The translations under genes were made by a program, and so were the position numbers. Positions 48,460-58,906 of a stretch of DNA of 64,000 nt are shown piece by piece (the first letter of the stretch is position 1; every line of letters starts with the position of its first letter). Origin of the DNA: Clostridiales bacterium (lineage in GTDB: Bacteria; Bacillota; Clostridia; Saccharofermentanales; Saccharofermentanaceae); the NCBI GenBank assembly GCA_017513085.1, contig JAFWDK010000016.1, positions 60,766 to 124,765 of the forward strand, written 5' to 3'. The notes beneath the pieces are model-generated. The model did not search any database. It saw nothing but the letters and a program-made list of their open reading frames with translations, and had not been told where the DNA came from.

Positions 48460-49470
48460 TCACCTCTTAGACTTATAAAAACGCACGACAAACTTTGCGC
48501 CATGCTCCGGCTCTTCCCGGTTCATCGCACGGATCGTGCCGCTTTGTCTTTCCACGATCATCTTACTCAAAGAAAGTCCGATTCCGATGCTACTCGTCAC
48601 GGCTACTTTTCCTCGGTAAAAGCGCTCGAACACGTGAGGCAGGTCATCCGGATCAAAGCCTGTTCCCGTATCCGTGATTACGATTTCTGCAAAGATCGGC
48701 GTGTCTTTTACCGAAATATCGATCTTCCCGCATTCCGGCGTATGCTCCATGCAGTTTTTCAGAATGTTGCCGATCGCCTCGCATGTCCACATCATATCGC
48801 CCCGCAGCTTCGCATCCTGCGGCACCTGTGTAGTCAGCGTAATGTTATGGATATCAAGCGGGACCGCCAGCATATCTGATGCCCGATGAATCATGTCCGA
48901 AAGCAGGTATTCTTTTTCTTCGAAGAAAACGGTATCCGCGTCGATCTTGCTCATTTTCAGGAGTGTATTGATCAGCCACTCGATACGGTTCAATCCCGCC
49001 ATCAATTCGGAAAGCAGATCGAACCGCTTCTCATCCGGAAGCTCTTCTTCCGAAAACATATCCACAACGATATTCATCGAAGTCAAAGGCGTACGGAGCT
49101 GATGAGCGATATCCGCGATCGAATCGGAGAGAAAACGCTTGTCCGCCAGAAGCTGGGAGGCCTGTTCGCGAAGGCGGATCACCATCTTATGGACCTCACT
49201 GGTCAGGATCGCCACTTCGCCTTCCTTATATTCTTCAAAAGAAACATCCTCCACTCCGTGAAGGATCTGATCGATACTGTCAGACAGGTTCTGGATCCGC
49301 CGGTATCTCTTTATGTCTGCAATATAACGGACAATAAGCAGCACCAGCGCCATGGCTCCGGCGATAATGCCGCATTTCTCATCCAGAAAAAAGCTCGGCA
49401 CCGTGATTGCCAGAGCAAGCACGATGCTGATGATGTATTCTTTACGAAGTTCACTGTTATTTCGGATCAT
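48460..49470 (-). CDS. Intramembrane-sensing-type histidine kinase
   Basis: Two TM helices with almost no loop; IAHQLRTP, NILKNC.EH, DTGTG, FERFYRG, GIGL. Confidence 0.9.
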   Translation of the reverse strand: MIRNNSELRKEYIISIVLALAITVPSFFLDEKCGIIAGAMALVLLIVRYIADIKRYRRIQNLSDSIDQILHGVEDVSFEEYKEGEVAILTSEVHKMVIRLREQASQLLADKRFLSDSIADIAHQLRTPLTSMNIVVDMFSEEELPDEKRFDLLSELMAGLNRIEWLINTLLKMSKIDADTVFFEEKEYLLSDMIHRASDMLAVPLDIHNITLTTQVPQDAKLRGDMMWTCEAIGNILKNCMEHTPECGKIDISVKDTPIFAEIVITDTGTGFDPDDLPHVFERFYRGKVAVTSSIGIGLSLSKMIVERQSGTIRAMNREEPEHGAKFVVRFYKSKR

Positions 49471-49471
49471 T

Positions 49472-50146
49472 TTACTCTCCCGCTTTATATCCGAAACCAC
49501 GGATCGTGCGGATCAGAGTCGGCTGAGCCGGATCATCCTCGATTTTTTCACGAAGTCTCTTGATATATACTGTCAAAGTATTGTCGTTGACATATTCTCC
49601 GCCCACATCCCAGAGGTCCTGGAGCAGTTTGGCACGTGTCAGCACCACGCCCTGATTGTTGGCAAAGAGAAGCAAAAGACGATACTCCAGCGCAGACAGT
49701 ATGATCTCCTGACCATCTTTGCTCACATTCGCTCTGGCCGTATCGATCTTGATACTTCCGAACTCGACCACATCAGGAGATTTATGTGTTCTTCTCATCA
49801 CACTCTTGATACGGGAGAGCATCTCTCTCGGCCGGAAAGGCTTGCTGATATAATCATCCGCGCCCATATCCAATCCGGTCACGACGCTGTATTCATCACC
49901 GGAAGCCGTAACAAAGATGACCGGCATATCCGGTTTTTGTGCTTTTACCGCGGCGCAAACTGCATATCCGTTGCCGTCCGTCAACGAAATATCGATCAAT
50001 GCGATCTCGAAACTCTCCGTCTCGATCTTGTTCAGCGCCGTCGTTTGTCCCGGTGCCCAGATCACTTCAAATCCTTCGGATTTTAAAAAAGCAGACAATG
50101 TAGTAACAATGCTGGAATCATCTTCGACCAGTAATACTTTTCCCAT
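49472..50146 (-). CDS. OmpR-family response regulator
   Basis: LLVEDD, GADDYISKPF, DNTLTVYIKRLREKIEDDP, RGFGY. Confidence 0.94.
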   Translation of the reverse strand: MGKVLLVEDDSSIVTTLSAFLKSEGFEVIWAPGQTTALNKIETESFEIALIDISLTDGNGYAVCAAVKAQKPDMPVIFVTASGDEYSVVTGLDMGADDYISKPFRPREMLSRIKSVMRRTHKSPDVVEFGSIKIDTARANVSKDGQEIILSALEYRLLLLFANNQGVVLTRAKLLQDLWDVGGEYVNDNTLTVYIKRLREKIEDDPAQPTLIRTIRGFGYKAGE

Positions 50147-50265
50147 TTCAATACCCCTGCAAAATAAAGATCACATTCATCGGCCACTGCCAAGTATACC
50201 ATACGGCAGACTACCGCTGACAATTACATTCTACCTTACTTCAGAGAAATTTTCCGTGACAATTT

Positions 50266-52545
50266 TTACACATTCGCACGTTTACTCTTTTTCTTTGCAA
50301 AAAAGAGTACCACAAACGCCATTGCGATCACGATCGTGACGCACAGTCCGCCCTCCGGTCCAAAAGCGCCTCCCGTCAGAAGTGCTCTTGCATGATCGGA
50401 ATAAGATGAGGAAAGGATGGATGCCGATCCGGGGTTGCCACTGACTTCCAGTCCGAAGAAGTTTCCCTGACAGAAATTCCATACGGTATGCATCGCGCAG
50501 ACGGTATATATGTGTCCGCTCGTATATGCAAAAACTGCGAAGAATGCGGCGATCAATGCCAGATTGATCAGTGCCAGGAAAGAGAATCCGGCGTTTCCTG
50601 CATGCATCAGGCTGAAGCACATCGAGGAGAAAAAGATGGCAAACGGAAGCCCGAATCGGGAAGCCACTCGTGGCATCATGTATCCGCGCATCATGATCTC
50701 TTCCGTTGCGCCCTGTGGGATCCACATCAGAATATATAGGAGAAAGAGCGGGACCGATCCTTTTTCAAGAGAGAAACCGTGGCACTCTACCTGGCCGGTA
50801 AGAAGCAGCAGACCATAAACCGAAGAGATAAGGATCAAGCCGAAGACCATGCCTCGAAGATACGCTTTGACAGCTGTTCCTTTCGGTGCAAGCTTCGGGA
50901 AACCTAATGTGGAAAGCGGGTTCTTCTCACGGAATCTGACGATGCAGATGTAGATGGCGATGACCGCCCAGTATCCAAGTCCCATGAAAAGAATGAAGAA
51001 CTTATCCTGCATGAAACCGGAGAATACTTTAACTGAAGCGGAAGCCACGTCGGATATTGCCGAGACATTGGTGATGCTCTTAAACATCCGGATAAATTCC
51101 GTTGATGCCGGGTCCCTCATATAAGAAAGGATCGCCGGGATCATGGCTACGGGTTGGAATAAAGATAGCAAGGCCAATGGAAGAAGAGCGTGACCGACCA
51201 GGAAAGAAAGAACGGATTTCCTTCTTTTGGCCTTGTAACCGAACACTTCCGCACGGGAAACGGAAACATAGTCCTTCTCCTGTCTGGCCAAAGCCTTGGC
51301 AGCCTTTCGAAGTTCTTTTTCCGACTTTGTTTCCACAGCTACCGTGAAGCTTTCCATGCCAAGGAGTTTTTCGGAAACTTTCAGACAGATCACCGTGAGG
51401 ATCAATGTAGCCAGTGTACAGACCAGCATAGCCGGCCAGGAGACCGTTCCCATAAGGCCGTCACCGATTCCGTAAAAATGTCCATAGATCGGCAGGAAAG
51501 GATTAATGGGATTTCTCGTGGATTCCTGCATGCAGGTGACACACACTACCAATATGATCAGGAAGATCGGCAGGAACGTCGTCTGTGCGGAGACGATGGT
51601 ATTATTCAGGCACGAGATCAGGATCGTGATCGCGGAAACGAAGAGTGCCAGCGATACTACCAGTACCAGCACGCTGAGATATCCTCCGACTGAAGACGCA
51701 AGCGGGATCAGCGGCAAAAGCAAGAGAACAGAAGGAATCATCGCGTGCAGGAACACGCCGGTGAAATTTCCCAGAACAATGGTGCCGCGGGCGACAGGCG
51801 TCATCAGGAGCGAGGCAAACGTGCCCCTCTCTTTTTCTCCTGCGATAGCATTCATGCCGCTCAACATACAGATGTAAAGAATGGCGATAAAGAACAGAAG
51901 CGGCACGACCATCCGGCTTCCACGGTCAAGCATGAGATGCATCCAGCCTGTCGGTTTCCCGAGTGGCGTGACCGGACTATCGAATACTTCCGAATCTTCC
52001 ACAGGAACGCCCAACCGGATCTGTAAGTATCTAAGATAGTCCTTCTCCAGGATCTTCTCTTTGAATTCTTTCTGAACCGTCGCATATTCCGGGTGATCCG
52101 TCGGATAATACGTCAGGATCTCGGGAAGCTCATCAATTGGTGCTTTCAGAGCCATCTCATCGAAGTTCCTCGGGAAAACCAAGGTCAGAAAGGCCTTCTC
52201 ATCGTCCATCCAAGAATTGAAAGTAAATACGTCATAGATGGCATCCCAGTCTTTATAGACCATCATGGTTTCTTTCCCGGCTACATTCTCCGAAAGGATA
52301 TTCTGATACTCTTCCGTATATCCCATCCAGGACTCCGGTGGATTGACGACGATAAGATTCTCGTGGAAATCGATAGGTTTTTCCCTTCTGGCATAATACA
52401 CAAGAAGGCTTGTAAAATACGCCATCACGGCAACAAAAAAACCGACGCATACCAACATCGTGATCACCGAAGCTTCGGTCCTCATGCTGTGGTTTTTGCC
52501 GAAAGTTTTCCGGACCAGTGCCCGTATTGCCCGACGCATAATCAT
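50266..52545 (-). CDS. ABC-2/NatB-like permease fused to a CPBP (Abi/CAAX) intramembrane glutamic protease
   Basis: AGEKERGT...LLMTPV.R in the N-terminal half; EEIMMRG, FSLMH, HTVWN in the C-terminal part. Confidence 0.85.
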   Translation of the reverse strand: MIMRRAIRALVRKTFGKNHSMRTEASVITMLVCVGFFVAVMAYFTSLLVYYARREKPIDFHENLIVVNPPESWMGYTEEYQNILSENVAGKETMMVYKDWDAIYDVFTFNSWMDDEKAFLTLVFPRNFDEMALKAPIDELPEILTYYPTDHPEYATVQKEFKEKILEKDYLRYLQIRLGVPVEDSEVFDSPVTPLGKPTGWMHLMLDRGSRMVVPLLFFIAILYICMLSGMNAIAGEKERGTFASLLMTPVARGTIVLGNFTGVFLHAMIPSVLLLLPLIPLASSVGGYLSVLVLVVSLALFVSAITILISCLNNTIVSAQTTFLPIFLIILVVCVTCMQESTRNPINPFLPIYGHFYGIGDGLMGTVSWPAMLVCTLATLILTVICLKVSEKLLGMESFTVAVETKSEKELRKAAKALARQEKDYVSVSRAEVFGYKAKRRKSVLSFLVGHALLPLALLSLFQPVAMIPAILSYMRDPASTEFIRMFKSITNVSAISDVASASVKVFSGFMQDKFFILFMGLGYWAVIAIYICIVRFREKNPLSTLGFPKLAPKGTAVKAYLRGMVFGLILISSVYGLLLLTGQVECHGFSLEKGSVPLFLLYILMWIPQGATEEIMMRGYMMPRVASRFGLPFAIFFSSMCFSLMHAGNAGFSFLALINLALIAAFFAVFAYTSGHIYTVCAMHTVWNFCQGNFFGLEVSGNPGSASILSSSYSDHARALLTGGAFGPEGGLCVTIVIAMAFVVLFFAKKKSKRANV

Positions 52546-53276
52546 CCCTCCGTGTGGTATTTCGTATAAAGCTTAAAGAACGCTTCTTCGAAGTTTTTGC
52601 TTTCTGTCTTTTTCGTCAGTTCTTCCGCTGAACCCTGCTCCACGATCGTTCCGTCCACCAGGATCGCGATCTCATCGCAAAGCTGCTCGGCTACGGAAAA
52701 AATATGTGTAGAAAGCAGAACGCTGCGGCCGAGTGCTTTGAGCTCGAGAAGATAATCCATGACCTGGCGTGAGGTCAGAATGTCCAGGCCGTTGGTCGGT
52801 TCATCGAAAATGATCACCTGCGGATCATGGATCAGCGAGATCACAATGGAGATCTTCTGCTTCATTCCGGTAGAAAGCTCCATGATCCTCTTGTCTGCAA
52901 AAGGCGTGATTCCAAACCGTTCGAAGCTCTCCTTCTTTTTGACCGGGATCTGTTCCTTCGGAATATCGTAAAGTTCACCGAAAAAGTCATAGAGCTGGTT
53001 CGGCGTGGACAGCGGGTCCAGTTTGATCTCCGTCGTCAGAAATCCGATACGCTCACGGATCTGACGCGGGGCCTGCTTCGTATCGTAACCGCAGATCCTC
53101 ACACTTCCTTCTGTCGGTTTCAAAAGAGTGCTGATCATTTGCATCAATGTCGTCTTGCCGGCGCCATTCGGACCCAGAAGTCCGAAGATCTGTCCCTTGC
53201 CGACCTGGAAACTCACATCTTTGACCACAAGAGCGCTCTTATTGTATCGTTTACTTACGTGTTCTACCTGTATCAT
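52542..53276 (-). CDS. ABC ATP-binding protein, NatA-like
   Basis: GPNGAGKTT, LSTGMKQK, FDEPTNGLD, STH. Confidence 0.92.
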   Translation of the reverse strand: MIQVEHVSKRYNKSALVVKDVSFQVGKGQIFGLLGPNGAGKTTLMQMISTLLKPTEGSVRICGYDTKQAPRQIRERIGFLTTEIKLDPLSTPNQLYDFFGELYDIPKEQIPVKKKESFERFGITPFADKRIMELSTGMKQKISIVISLIHDPQVIIFDEPTNGLDILTSRQVMDYLLELKALGRSVLLSTHIFSVAEQLCDEIAILVDGTIVEQGSAEELTKKTESKNFEEAFFKLYTKYHTEG

Positions 53277-54573
53277 CGGAACCTCCTTGTGAAATATGGA
53301 TCATGCCGTCTGTGTTTTTGATGCAGAGCGCCATCAGGATCACGGTCAACAGCCCATTGATCAAGATCGTTATCAGAAAATTACCCATCTGGAATTTCCC
53401 GAGGAAAATATCGCGGATCAACATGATCGCATTGTGGATCGGTATCAAGAATTCCATTCCAATGCTGGCGGACGGACGGAACATCTGTCCGAAGAATTCG
53501 AAGACCAGGAGCGCCAGCGGGATCTGCAGATTCAGAAGCACATCTTCCATTCTCCGGATCTTAAAGACGATTCCGAAGCAAAGCGCACACATGACAAACG
53601 ATGTCACCAGGATCGTCAGGAAACAATAAAGAAGCTGCATCGGTGTCAGAAACATGCCGAATGGTAATAAGGAAAAAGCACTGTTGCTGTGATTCAGCCA
53701 GGAAGAGAAAAACAGAAGCAGATAGGTCAGGATCGCGCTGATCGAGCTGACAGTTACCACAGTCAGCATCTTTCCGGTAAGCAGCGATACTTCCGGGATC
53801 GGGGTCAGGTAGACCTTGGTCAGAAAACCACTCTGTCTTGAGGCCGCCAGGATCTCTCCGGCAAGTGAATATACACAGTAATACATAAGAAGGATCATGA
53901 CTCCCGGAATCGTTCTGGCTGCGCCCAGATTGGCGTTGGCCCGGTTCTTCAAAACGAATGTGTAGGGATTAAAAGCATCCGTTTCAAATCGGTTTCCACC
54001 GCCTTTTTCTTTATAGGCCTGGCCGAAGTTTTGAAAAAGATGATCCTTATATTCTGCTTCTATATTTAAAAGGAACTGTTGCGCCTGCGTATAGTTCGTA
54101 AACGAACCCTCATCAAAACCGACGATCATTTCGTTCTGCATATCGCCGGGATCTTCTTCCATGGCTACGTGAGAATAATACCGTCTGACATTTTCGTCAA
54201 AGTCCGCATCTTTTCCGTTCTCATCCTTGGCATAAAAAAGCACGAGAATAACACCTTTTCGAAGTTTTTGCTGAAGTACTTCTTCATCATATTCCGCATA
54301 CTCGTCAAGTTCAGCTGCGGTCATAAATGTATAATCGTAGATAGCGCTTTTGGCACTGTTTTTGGCGTATTCCTGAAAGGAAGCCGGAGCATCGACCACC
54401 AGGATCGGGTGGCTTTGAAGACTGCCCGTAGACAGATAATTGATCAAAAGCGGGAATACATTCAATGCAATCAGGAGTAATACGGCCGGCATAAGAAACA
54501 CCACCAGCGTGCGTCTCCAGTTGCTGATGATTTTTCGCATTTCCCATTTAAAAATCGTCAATGTGTGCCGCAT
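53251..54573 (-). CDS. ABC-2/NatB-like permease
   Basis: MRHTLTIFKWEMRK, one TM then large loop then about 5 TM, degenerate SRQSG...LTP motif. Confidence 0.78.
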   Translation of the reverse strand: MRHTLTIFKWEMRKIISNWRRTLVVFLMPAVLLLIALNVFPLLINYLSTGSLQSHPILVVDAPASFQEYAKNSAKSAIYDYTFMTAAELDEYAEYDEEVLQQKLRKGVILVLFYAKDENGKDADFDENVRRYYSHVAMEEDPGDMQNEMIVGFDEGSFTNYTQAQQFLLNIEAEYKDHLFQNFGQAYKEKGGGNRFETDAFNPYTFVLKNRANANLGAARTIPGVMILLMYYCVYSLAGEILAASRQSGFLTKVYLTPIPEVSLLTGKMLTVVTVSSISAILTYLLLFFSSWLNHSNSAFSLLPFGMFLTPMQLLYCFLTILVTSFVMCALCFGIVFKIRRMEDVLLNLQIPLALLVFEFFGQMFRPSASIGMEFLIPIHNAIMLIRDIFLGKFQMGNFLITILINGLLTVILMALCIKNTDGMIHISQGGSDDTGRTRK

Positions 54574-54786
54574 GTGATACCTCGAAAAACAGTCAGGATT
54601 TATTGTATTCTTTCGTGTTATTTCTTGCAAATTTCATATTATCATTATCACATGCCGGTTCAAAAGAAGGGTAAAGCATAGTTAAAGATAAAATGGTCAT
54701 TGTATGAACAAACTGAAAACAGGAGGCGCGGAATTTGTTTTTTCCGCTATAATAAGAAAGGAATTTAGTTAGCGAGGTCTTACCGC

Positions 54787-56010
54787 ATGAGCAAGAAGGA
54801 TCAAAAAAGGCATCCGATCGTCATGGTATCGCTGGATGCCGTCTCTGACAGTAATATCGATTTTCTTCTGACTTGTCCGAATTTTTCACGGCTTGCCAGG
54901 CTCGGACTTTTGCACCGCGAAGTGGACTCGATCCTTGTGACCAGTACCTACCCGGTCCACACGAGCATCAACACAGGTCTTATGCCCTGTGACCATGGCG
55001 TCTTCGACAATACTTTCCAGGATACGGAAAAGGGTACGGAAGTCTGGCGGGACCACAAGCGTTTCATCAAGGGGAAGACCCTGGCCGAGCGTGCCTATGA
55101 ACATGGTCTGGTAACATGCGCCATGATGTTCCCGATGACTGCGGGAGAAAAGATCAAATACCATCTTACTGAAGTTCCCGGTCATTCCCCGATGCTTTTC
55201 CGCGTATTCAAATCCGCCTACTACGGATCGGCCGGCTTCATGCTTCACTATTTCACCAAGTACGGCAAACACGTGATCAAAGATGGTGAACGCGGCATGG
55301 ATATGCTCATCGCCAAGACAGGCGCAGATCTGATCCGGAAGAATAAAGCCGATCTGTATATGCTCCATCTGCTGGATGTAGACACTACCAAACATAATCA
55401 CGGAGCCACTTCCCCTGAGGCAACAGAAGCGCTCCGCCGTATCGACGATTGTCTGGGGCAGCTTCTGGCGGCGATGGAATCCGTGGGCATGGAAAACTTC
55501 GAAATACTTATTTTCAGTGACCATTCAAGCATGGATGTTAAGGAAGCCATTCACCCGAATGAACTTCTGACTGCGCGCGGAATATCCCTCCAGGACGCGC
55601 ATTTCCATACGACACACGGAAGCGCATTTTTATACATCTCGCCTTCCGTTTCAGAAAACACCAAGAAAGAAATCGATTCTTTTATCGACGATTTTCTTCA
55701 GATGGAGAGCGTCGCACGCGAGCTGACTTCAGAAGAGATGCATCTCTGCGGTGCCATAAATGACGGTTTCGTGCGCGGATTCGGCGCCACGACCGGATAT
55801 GAGTTCGGCAACTACAGGAAAGGCCAGCATGGCTATCCTCTCGATCACGATGACTACAAGATCTTCTATCTTGAGATCGGAAGCCGGGCGGAAAAAGCCA
55901 CACAAGGATCGGATCCCGCCAAAGACGGTCTGATCTCCGAGACTCACGGCGGCTGCATCATCGAGGTCGGTCAAAAAGCCATTTCCCTTATTGAAGCAAC
56001 ATCCAAATAA
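54787..56010 (+). CDS. Alkaline phosphatase superfamily, nucleotide pyrophosphatase/phosphodiesterase
   Basis: VSLDA, TYPVHTSINTG (Thr nucleophile), D..KH..G, SDH, GQHG. Confidence 0.85.
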   Translation: MSKKDQKRHPIVMVSLDAVSDSNIDFLLTCPNFSRLARLGLLHREVDSILVTSTYPVHTSINTGLMPCDHGVFDNTFQDTEKGTEVWRDHKRFIKGKTLAERAYEHGLVTCAMMFPMTAGEKIKYHLTEVPGHSPMLFRVFKSAYYGSAGFMLHYFTKYGKHVIKDGERGMDMLIAKTGADLIRKNKADLYMLHLLDVDTTKHNHGATSPEATEALRRIDDCLGQLLAAMESVGMENFEILIFSDHSSMDVKEAIHPNELLTARGISLQDAHFHTTHGSAFLYISPSVSENTKKEIDSFIDDFLQMESVARELTSEEMHLCGAINDGFVRGFGATTGYEFGNYRKGQHGYPLDHDDYKIFYLEIGSRAEKATQGSDPAKDGLISETHGGCIIEVGQKAISLIEATSK

Positions 56011-56051
56011 ACGATCGTTCAGGCGCAAGACACACATCTCATAAAAGACAT

Positions 56052-56081
56052 AGGGGGTTGTCTCAAAAGAGACAACCCCCT
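56052..56081. terminator. Bidirectional intrinsic terminator
   Basis: AGGGGGTTGTCTC-AAAA-GAGACAACCCCCT, perfect 13-bp stem. Confidence 0.88.
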
Positions 56082-56105
56082 TTCGCCGTTTTAACGGAGT
56101 ACTTC

Positions 56106-58058
56106 TTACTTAGCTGCGTTGCAGATTACGGAGAAGTCCTGAGCCTTCAGGGAAGCACCGCCGACGAGACCGCCGTTGATGTCAGCCTGAGCAAAGAGAC
56201 CTGCAGCGTTACCGGCATTGCAGGATCCGCCATACTGGATGGTGATCGCCTCAGCGCACTTCTCGCAGTAGAGTTCAGCGATGACGCCACGGATGAACTT
56301 GCAAACTTCTTCAGCCTGCTCGTCGGTTGCTGTCTTACCTGTTCCGATCGCCCAGATCGGCTCATAAGCGATAGTGATCTGGCAGAGCTTGTCAGCCGGA
56401 ATATCCTTGAAAGCGCCAACGATCTGACCCTTGATCCAATCAAATGTCTCGCCTGCTTCACGCTGAGCCAGGGACTCGCCGCAGCAGATGATCGGCTTCA
56501 CGCCGTACTTCAGAAGAGCCAGAGCCTTCTTGTTAACTGTCTCGTCTGTCTCTGCGTTGTACTCACGACGCTCGGAGTGACCGATGATGCAGTATGTTAC
56601 GCCCATCTTAGCCAGCCACAGCGGGGAGATCTCGCCTGTGAAAGCACCCTTCTCTTCGAAGTGGCAGTTCTGAGCAGCGATCTTGATGTTTGTATAAGCT
56701 GTAGCCTCAACAGCAGCAGCCAGAGCAGTAGCCGGAACGCCGAGAGCGATCTTCGCTGTAGCATCCTTAACGAGCGGCTTGAGTTCTTCGATCAGCTTAA
56801 CAGCATCAGCCGGGATACCGCAGTTCATCTTCCAGTTACCTGCAGCAAATGTTCTGCCGATTTCCTTATCGTTCAGGCAATCAATACCCGGGAGTACCTT
56901 ACCTTCGATAAACTCGAGGGAAGCGCCGCCACCGGTGGAGATATGTGTTACCTTATCAGCAAAGCCGAGCTTCTCGATTGCAGCAGCGGAGTCACCACCA
57001 CCGATGATAGAGATCGCATCAGACTCAGCAATAGCCTGAGCAAGAGCCTTCGTACCAACAGCAAACTTTTCGAATTCGAAAACGCCTGCAGGACCATTCC
57101 AGATAACTGTCTTAGCAGCCTTGATCTCGTTAGAGAACTTCTCGATGGTCTTCGGTCCGATGTCGAGGCCTTCCCATCCATCCGGAATCTCCATTGTCGG
57201 AACGATCTGGCTGTTCGCATCAGCTGCAAAATTGTCAGCTACTACCGTATCCTCAGGGAGCAGGAGCTTCACGCCCTTCTCCTCTGCCTTAGCAAGGAGT
57301 TCCTTAGCCAGTTCAACTTTATCAGCCTCAAAGAGGGAGTTACCGATGGAACCGCCCTGAGCAGCGATAAATGTATAAGCCATACCACCACCGATGATGA
57401 TCGTATCAGCCTTATCCATCAGGTTTGTGATTACGCCGATCTTATCGGAAACTTTTGCACCACCGAGGATAGCAACGAACGGACGTGCCGGGTTAGCCAG
57501 AGCACCACCGATGAACTTGATCTCTTTCTCGATCAGGTAACCGGAAGCAGACGGCAGGAAGTTTGCCAGACCGGCTGTAGAAGCGTGAGCACGATGTGCT
57601 GTACCGAAAGCATCGTTAACATAGAGATCAGCCATGGAAGCGAGCTCAGCTGCGAACTTCGGATCATTCTTTGTTTCTTCTTTATGGAAACGGACATTCT
57701 CAAGCATGAGGATCTCGCCCTCTTTGAGAGCAGCAGCCTTAGCCTTAGCGTCCTCGCCGATAACATCAGCAGCCAGTGTAACCGGCTTACCGATCAACTC
57801 AGCAAGACGATCTGCTGCCGGCTTCATGGAGAATGCCGGCTCCGGTCCATTCTTCGGACGACCCAGGTGAGATACCAGGATCACCTTTGCGTTATTTTCT
57901 ACGAGATACTTGATCGTCGGGAGAGCTCCCTTGATTCTCTTATCGTCAGTAATTTCACCTGTCTTTTTGTCGAGCGGTACGTTAAAATCCACACGAACGA
58001 TTACTCTTTTGCCGGAAACATTCAAGTCTTCGACATTCTTCTTCTGAACCATTGCCAT
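56106..58058 (-). CDS. pgk-tpiA: Fused phosphoglycerate kinase / triosephosphate isomerase
   Basis: PGK motifs [32 protein letters not shown] continue in frame into TPI motifs [31 protein letters not shown]. Confidence 0.96.
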   Translation of the reverse strand: MAMVQKKNVEDLNVSGKRVIVRVDFNVPLDKKTGEITDDKRIKGALPTIKYLVENNAKVILVSHLGRPKNGPEPAFSMKPAADRLAELIGKPVTLAADVIGEDAKAKAAALKEGEILMLENVRFHKEETKNDPKFAAELASMADLYVNDAFGTAHRAHASTAGLANFLPSASGYLIEKEIKFIGGALANPARPFVAILGGAKVSDKIGVITNLMDKADTIIIGGGMAYTFIAAQGGSIGNSLFEADKVELAKELLAKAEEKGVKLLLPEDTVVADNFAADANSQIVPTMEIPDGWEGLDIGPKTIEKFSNEIKAAKTVIWNGPAGVFEFEKFAVGTKALAQAIAESDAISIIGGGDSAAAIEKLGFADKVTHISTGGGASLEFIEGKVLPGIDCLNDKEIGRTFAAGNWKMNCGIPADAVKLIEELKPLVKDATAKIALGVPATALAAAVEATAYTNIKIAAQNCHFEEKGAFTGEISPLWLAKMGVTYCIIGHSERREYNAETDETVNKKALALLKYGVKPIICCGESLAQREAGETFDWIKGQIVGAFKDIPADKLCQITIAYEPIWAIGTGKTATDEQAEEVCKFIRGVIAELYCEKCAEAITIQYGGSCNAGNAAGLFAQADINGGLVGGASLKAQDFSVICNAAK

Positions 58059-58105
58059 AATGTTCACACTCCTATACGAAAATTACTTGTTGTTCAAGCC
58101 ATACC

Positions 58106-58134
58106 ATTATACAAAGAATTATGGAGTGTTTCAA
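58106..58134 (-). promoter_or_regulatory. Sigma-A promoter of pgk-tpi
   Basis: TTGAAA-N17-TATAAT. Confidence 0.75.
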
Positions 58135-58217
58135 TTACAAAAAAGGAAAACAGCCGTCCTGCCCCGAAAAGGCTGACCGGCTGTCCCGCTGAAGTTATGA
58201 TCTCTCAAATCGTCTGA

Positions 58218-58844
58218 TCAGTCGATGCTCACCGGAGCGCTTTTCGCATCCTTCGGCTTAACGATCTCCAGATCTACCATCGAATCGACCTGCCCTTCTA
58301 CTGTTGCAAAAACGAATGTGTACTTGCCGGATGGCATATCTGCCGGAAGGCGGCCCTGCATCCAATAGACATGGATCGTGTTATAATCCTGATCCACGAT
58401 CGGGTGGCAGCTTGATCCGGTGATCTTTACGATAGCATCTTCCTTATTCCATGCATAATCTTCGTTATACGCGAATACGTAAAGCAACAGTTCATTCGGT
58501 GCATCTTCATCTCTGGCCTCGCTGATGATCGGTTCCACTGTCAGTTCCGATCCGCTGACAAGCTCAGAATACAACTGCCAGTTGATTACTGTATATACAC
58601 TTCTGATATCTGAAATAATCGGCCTTTCCACACTCTTGGATGCCATCAGACCTCTCTCGCCGACCTTCGATGTGTCCGGATCTCCGAAGAGGTCCGGAGC
58701 CTTTGTGGGCGCCGTTGCCCCCACAGAAGTGGACTGCGCGTTTACCGCGATCTTGGAAGTCTTCACGGAAGGTGCAGCTTTTCCACAAGCACTGAAAGCC
58801 ATTGTCATTGTTAAAACCATAATTGCCATTGTTCTCTTTTTCAT
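58218..58844 (-). CDS. Hypothetical lipoprotein, apparent paralogue of 40640-41230
   Basis: AGGAGA RBS, FSAC lipobox; LLLYVFAYNEDYAWNK, SGKYTFVF. Confidence 0.75.
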   Translation of the reverse strand: MKKRTMAIMVLTMTMAFSACGKAAPSVKTSKIAVNAQSTSVGATAPTKAPDLFGDPDTSKVGERGLMASKSVERPIISDIRSVYTVINWQLYSELVSGSELTVEPIISEARDEDAPNELLLYVFAYNEDYAWNKEDAIVKITGSSCHPIVDQDYNTIHVYWMQGRLPADMPSGKYTFVFATVEGQVDSMVDLEIVKPKDAKSAPVSID

Positions 58845-58906
58845 GTTTATTATCTCCTGAATATTCTTTCTGCATTTTTCGAAGCACTGTTCATCGCCCT
58901 TCGTAC

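Noticed and set aside
56058-58217. 719-aa plus-strand ORF
   Set aside because: Antisense shadow of the strongly codon-biased pgk-tpi gene; no recognisable motifs, and it starts inside the terminator.
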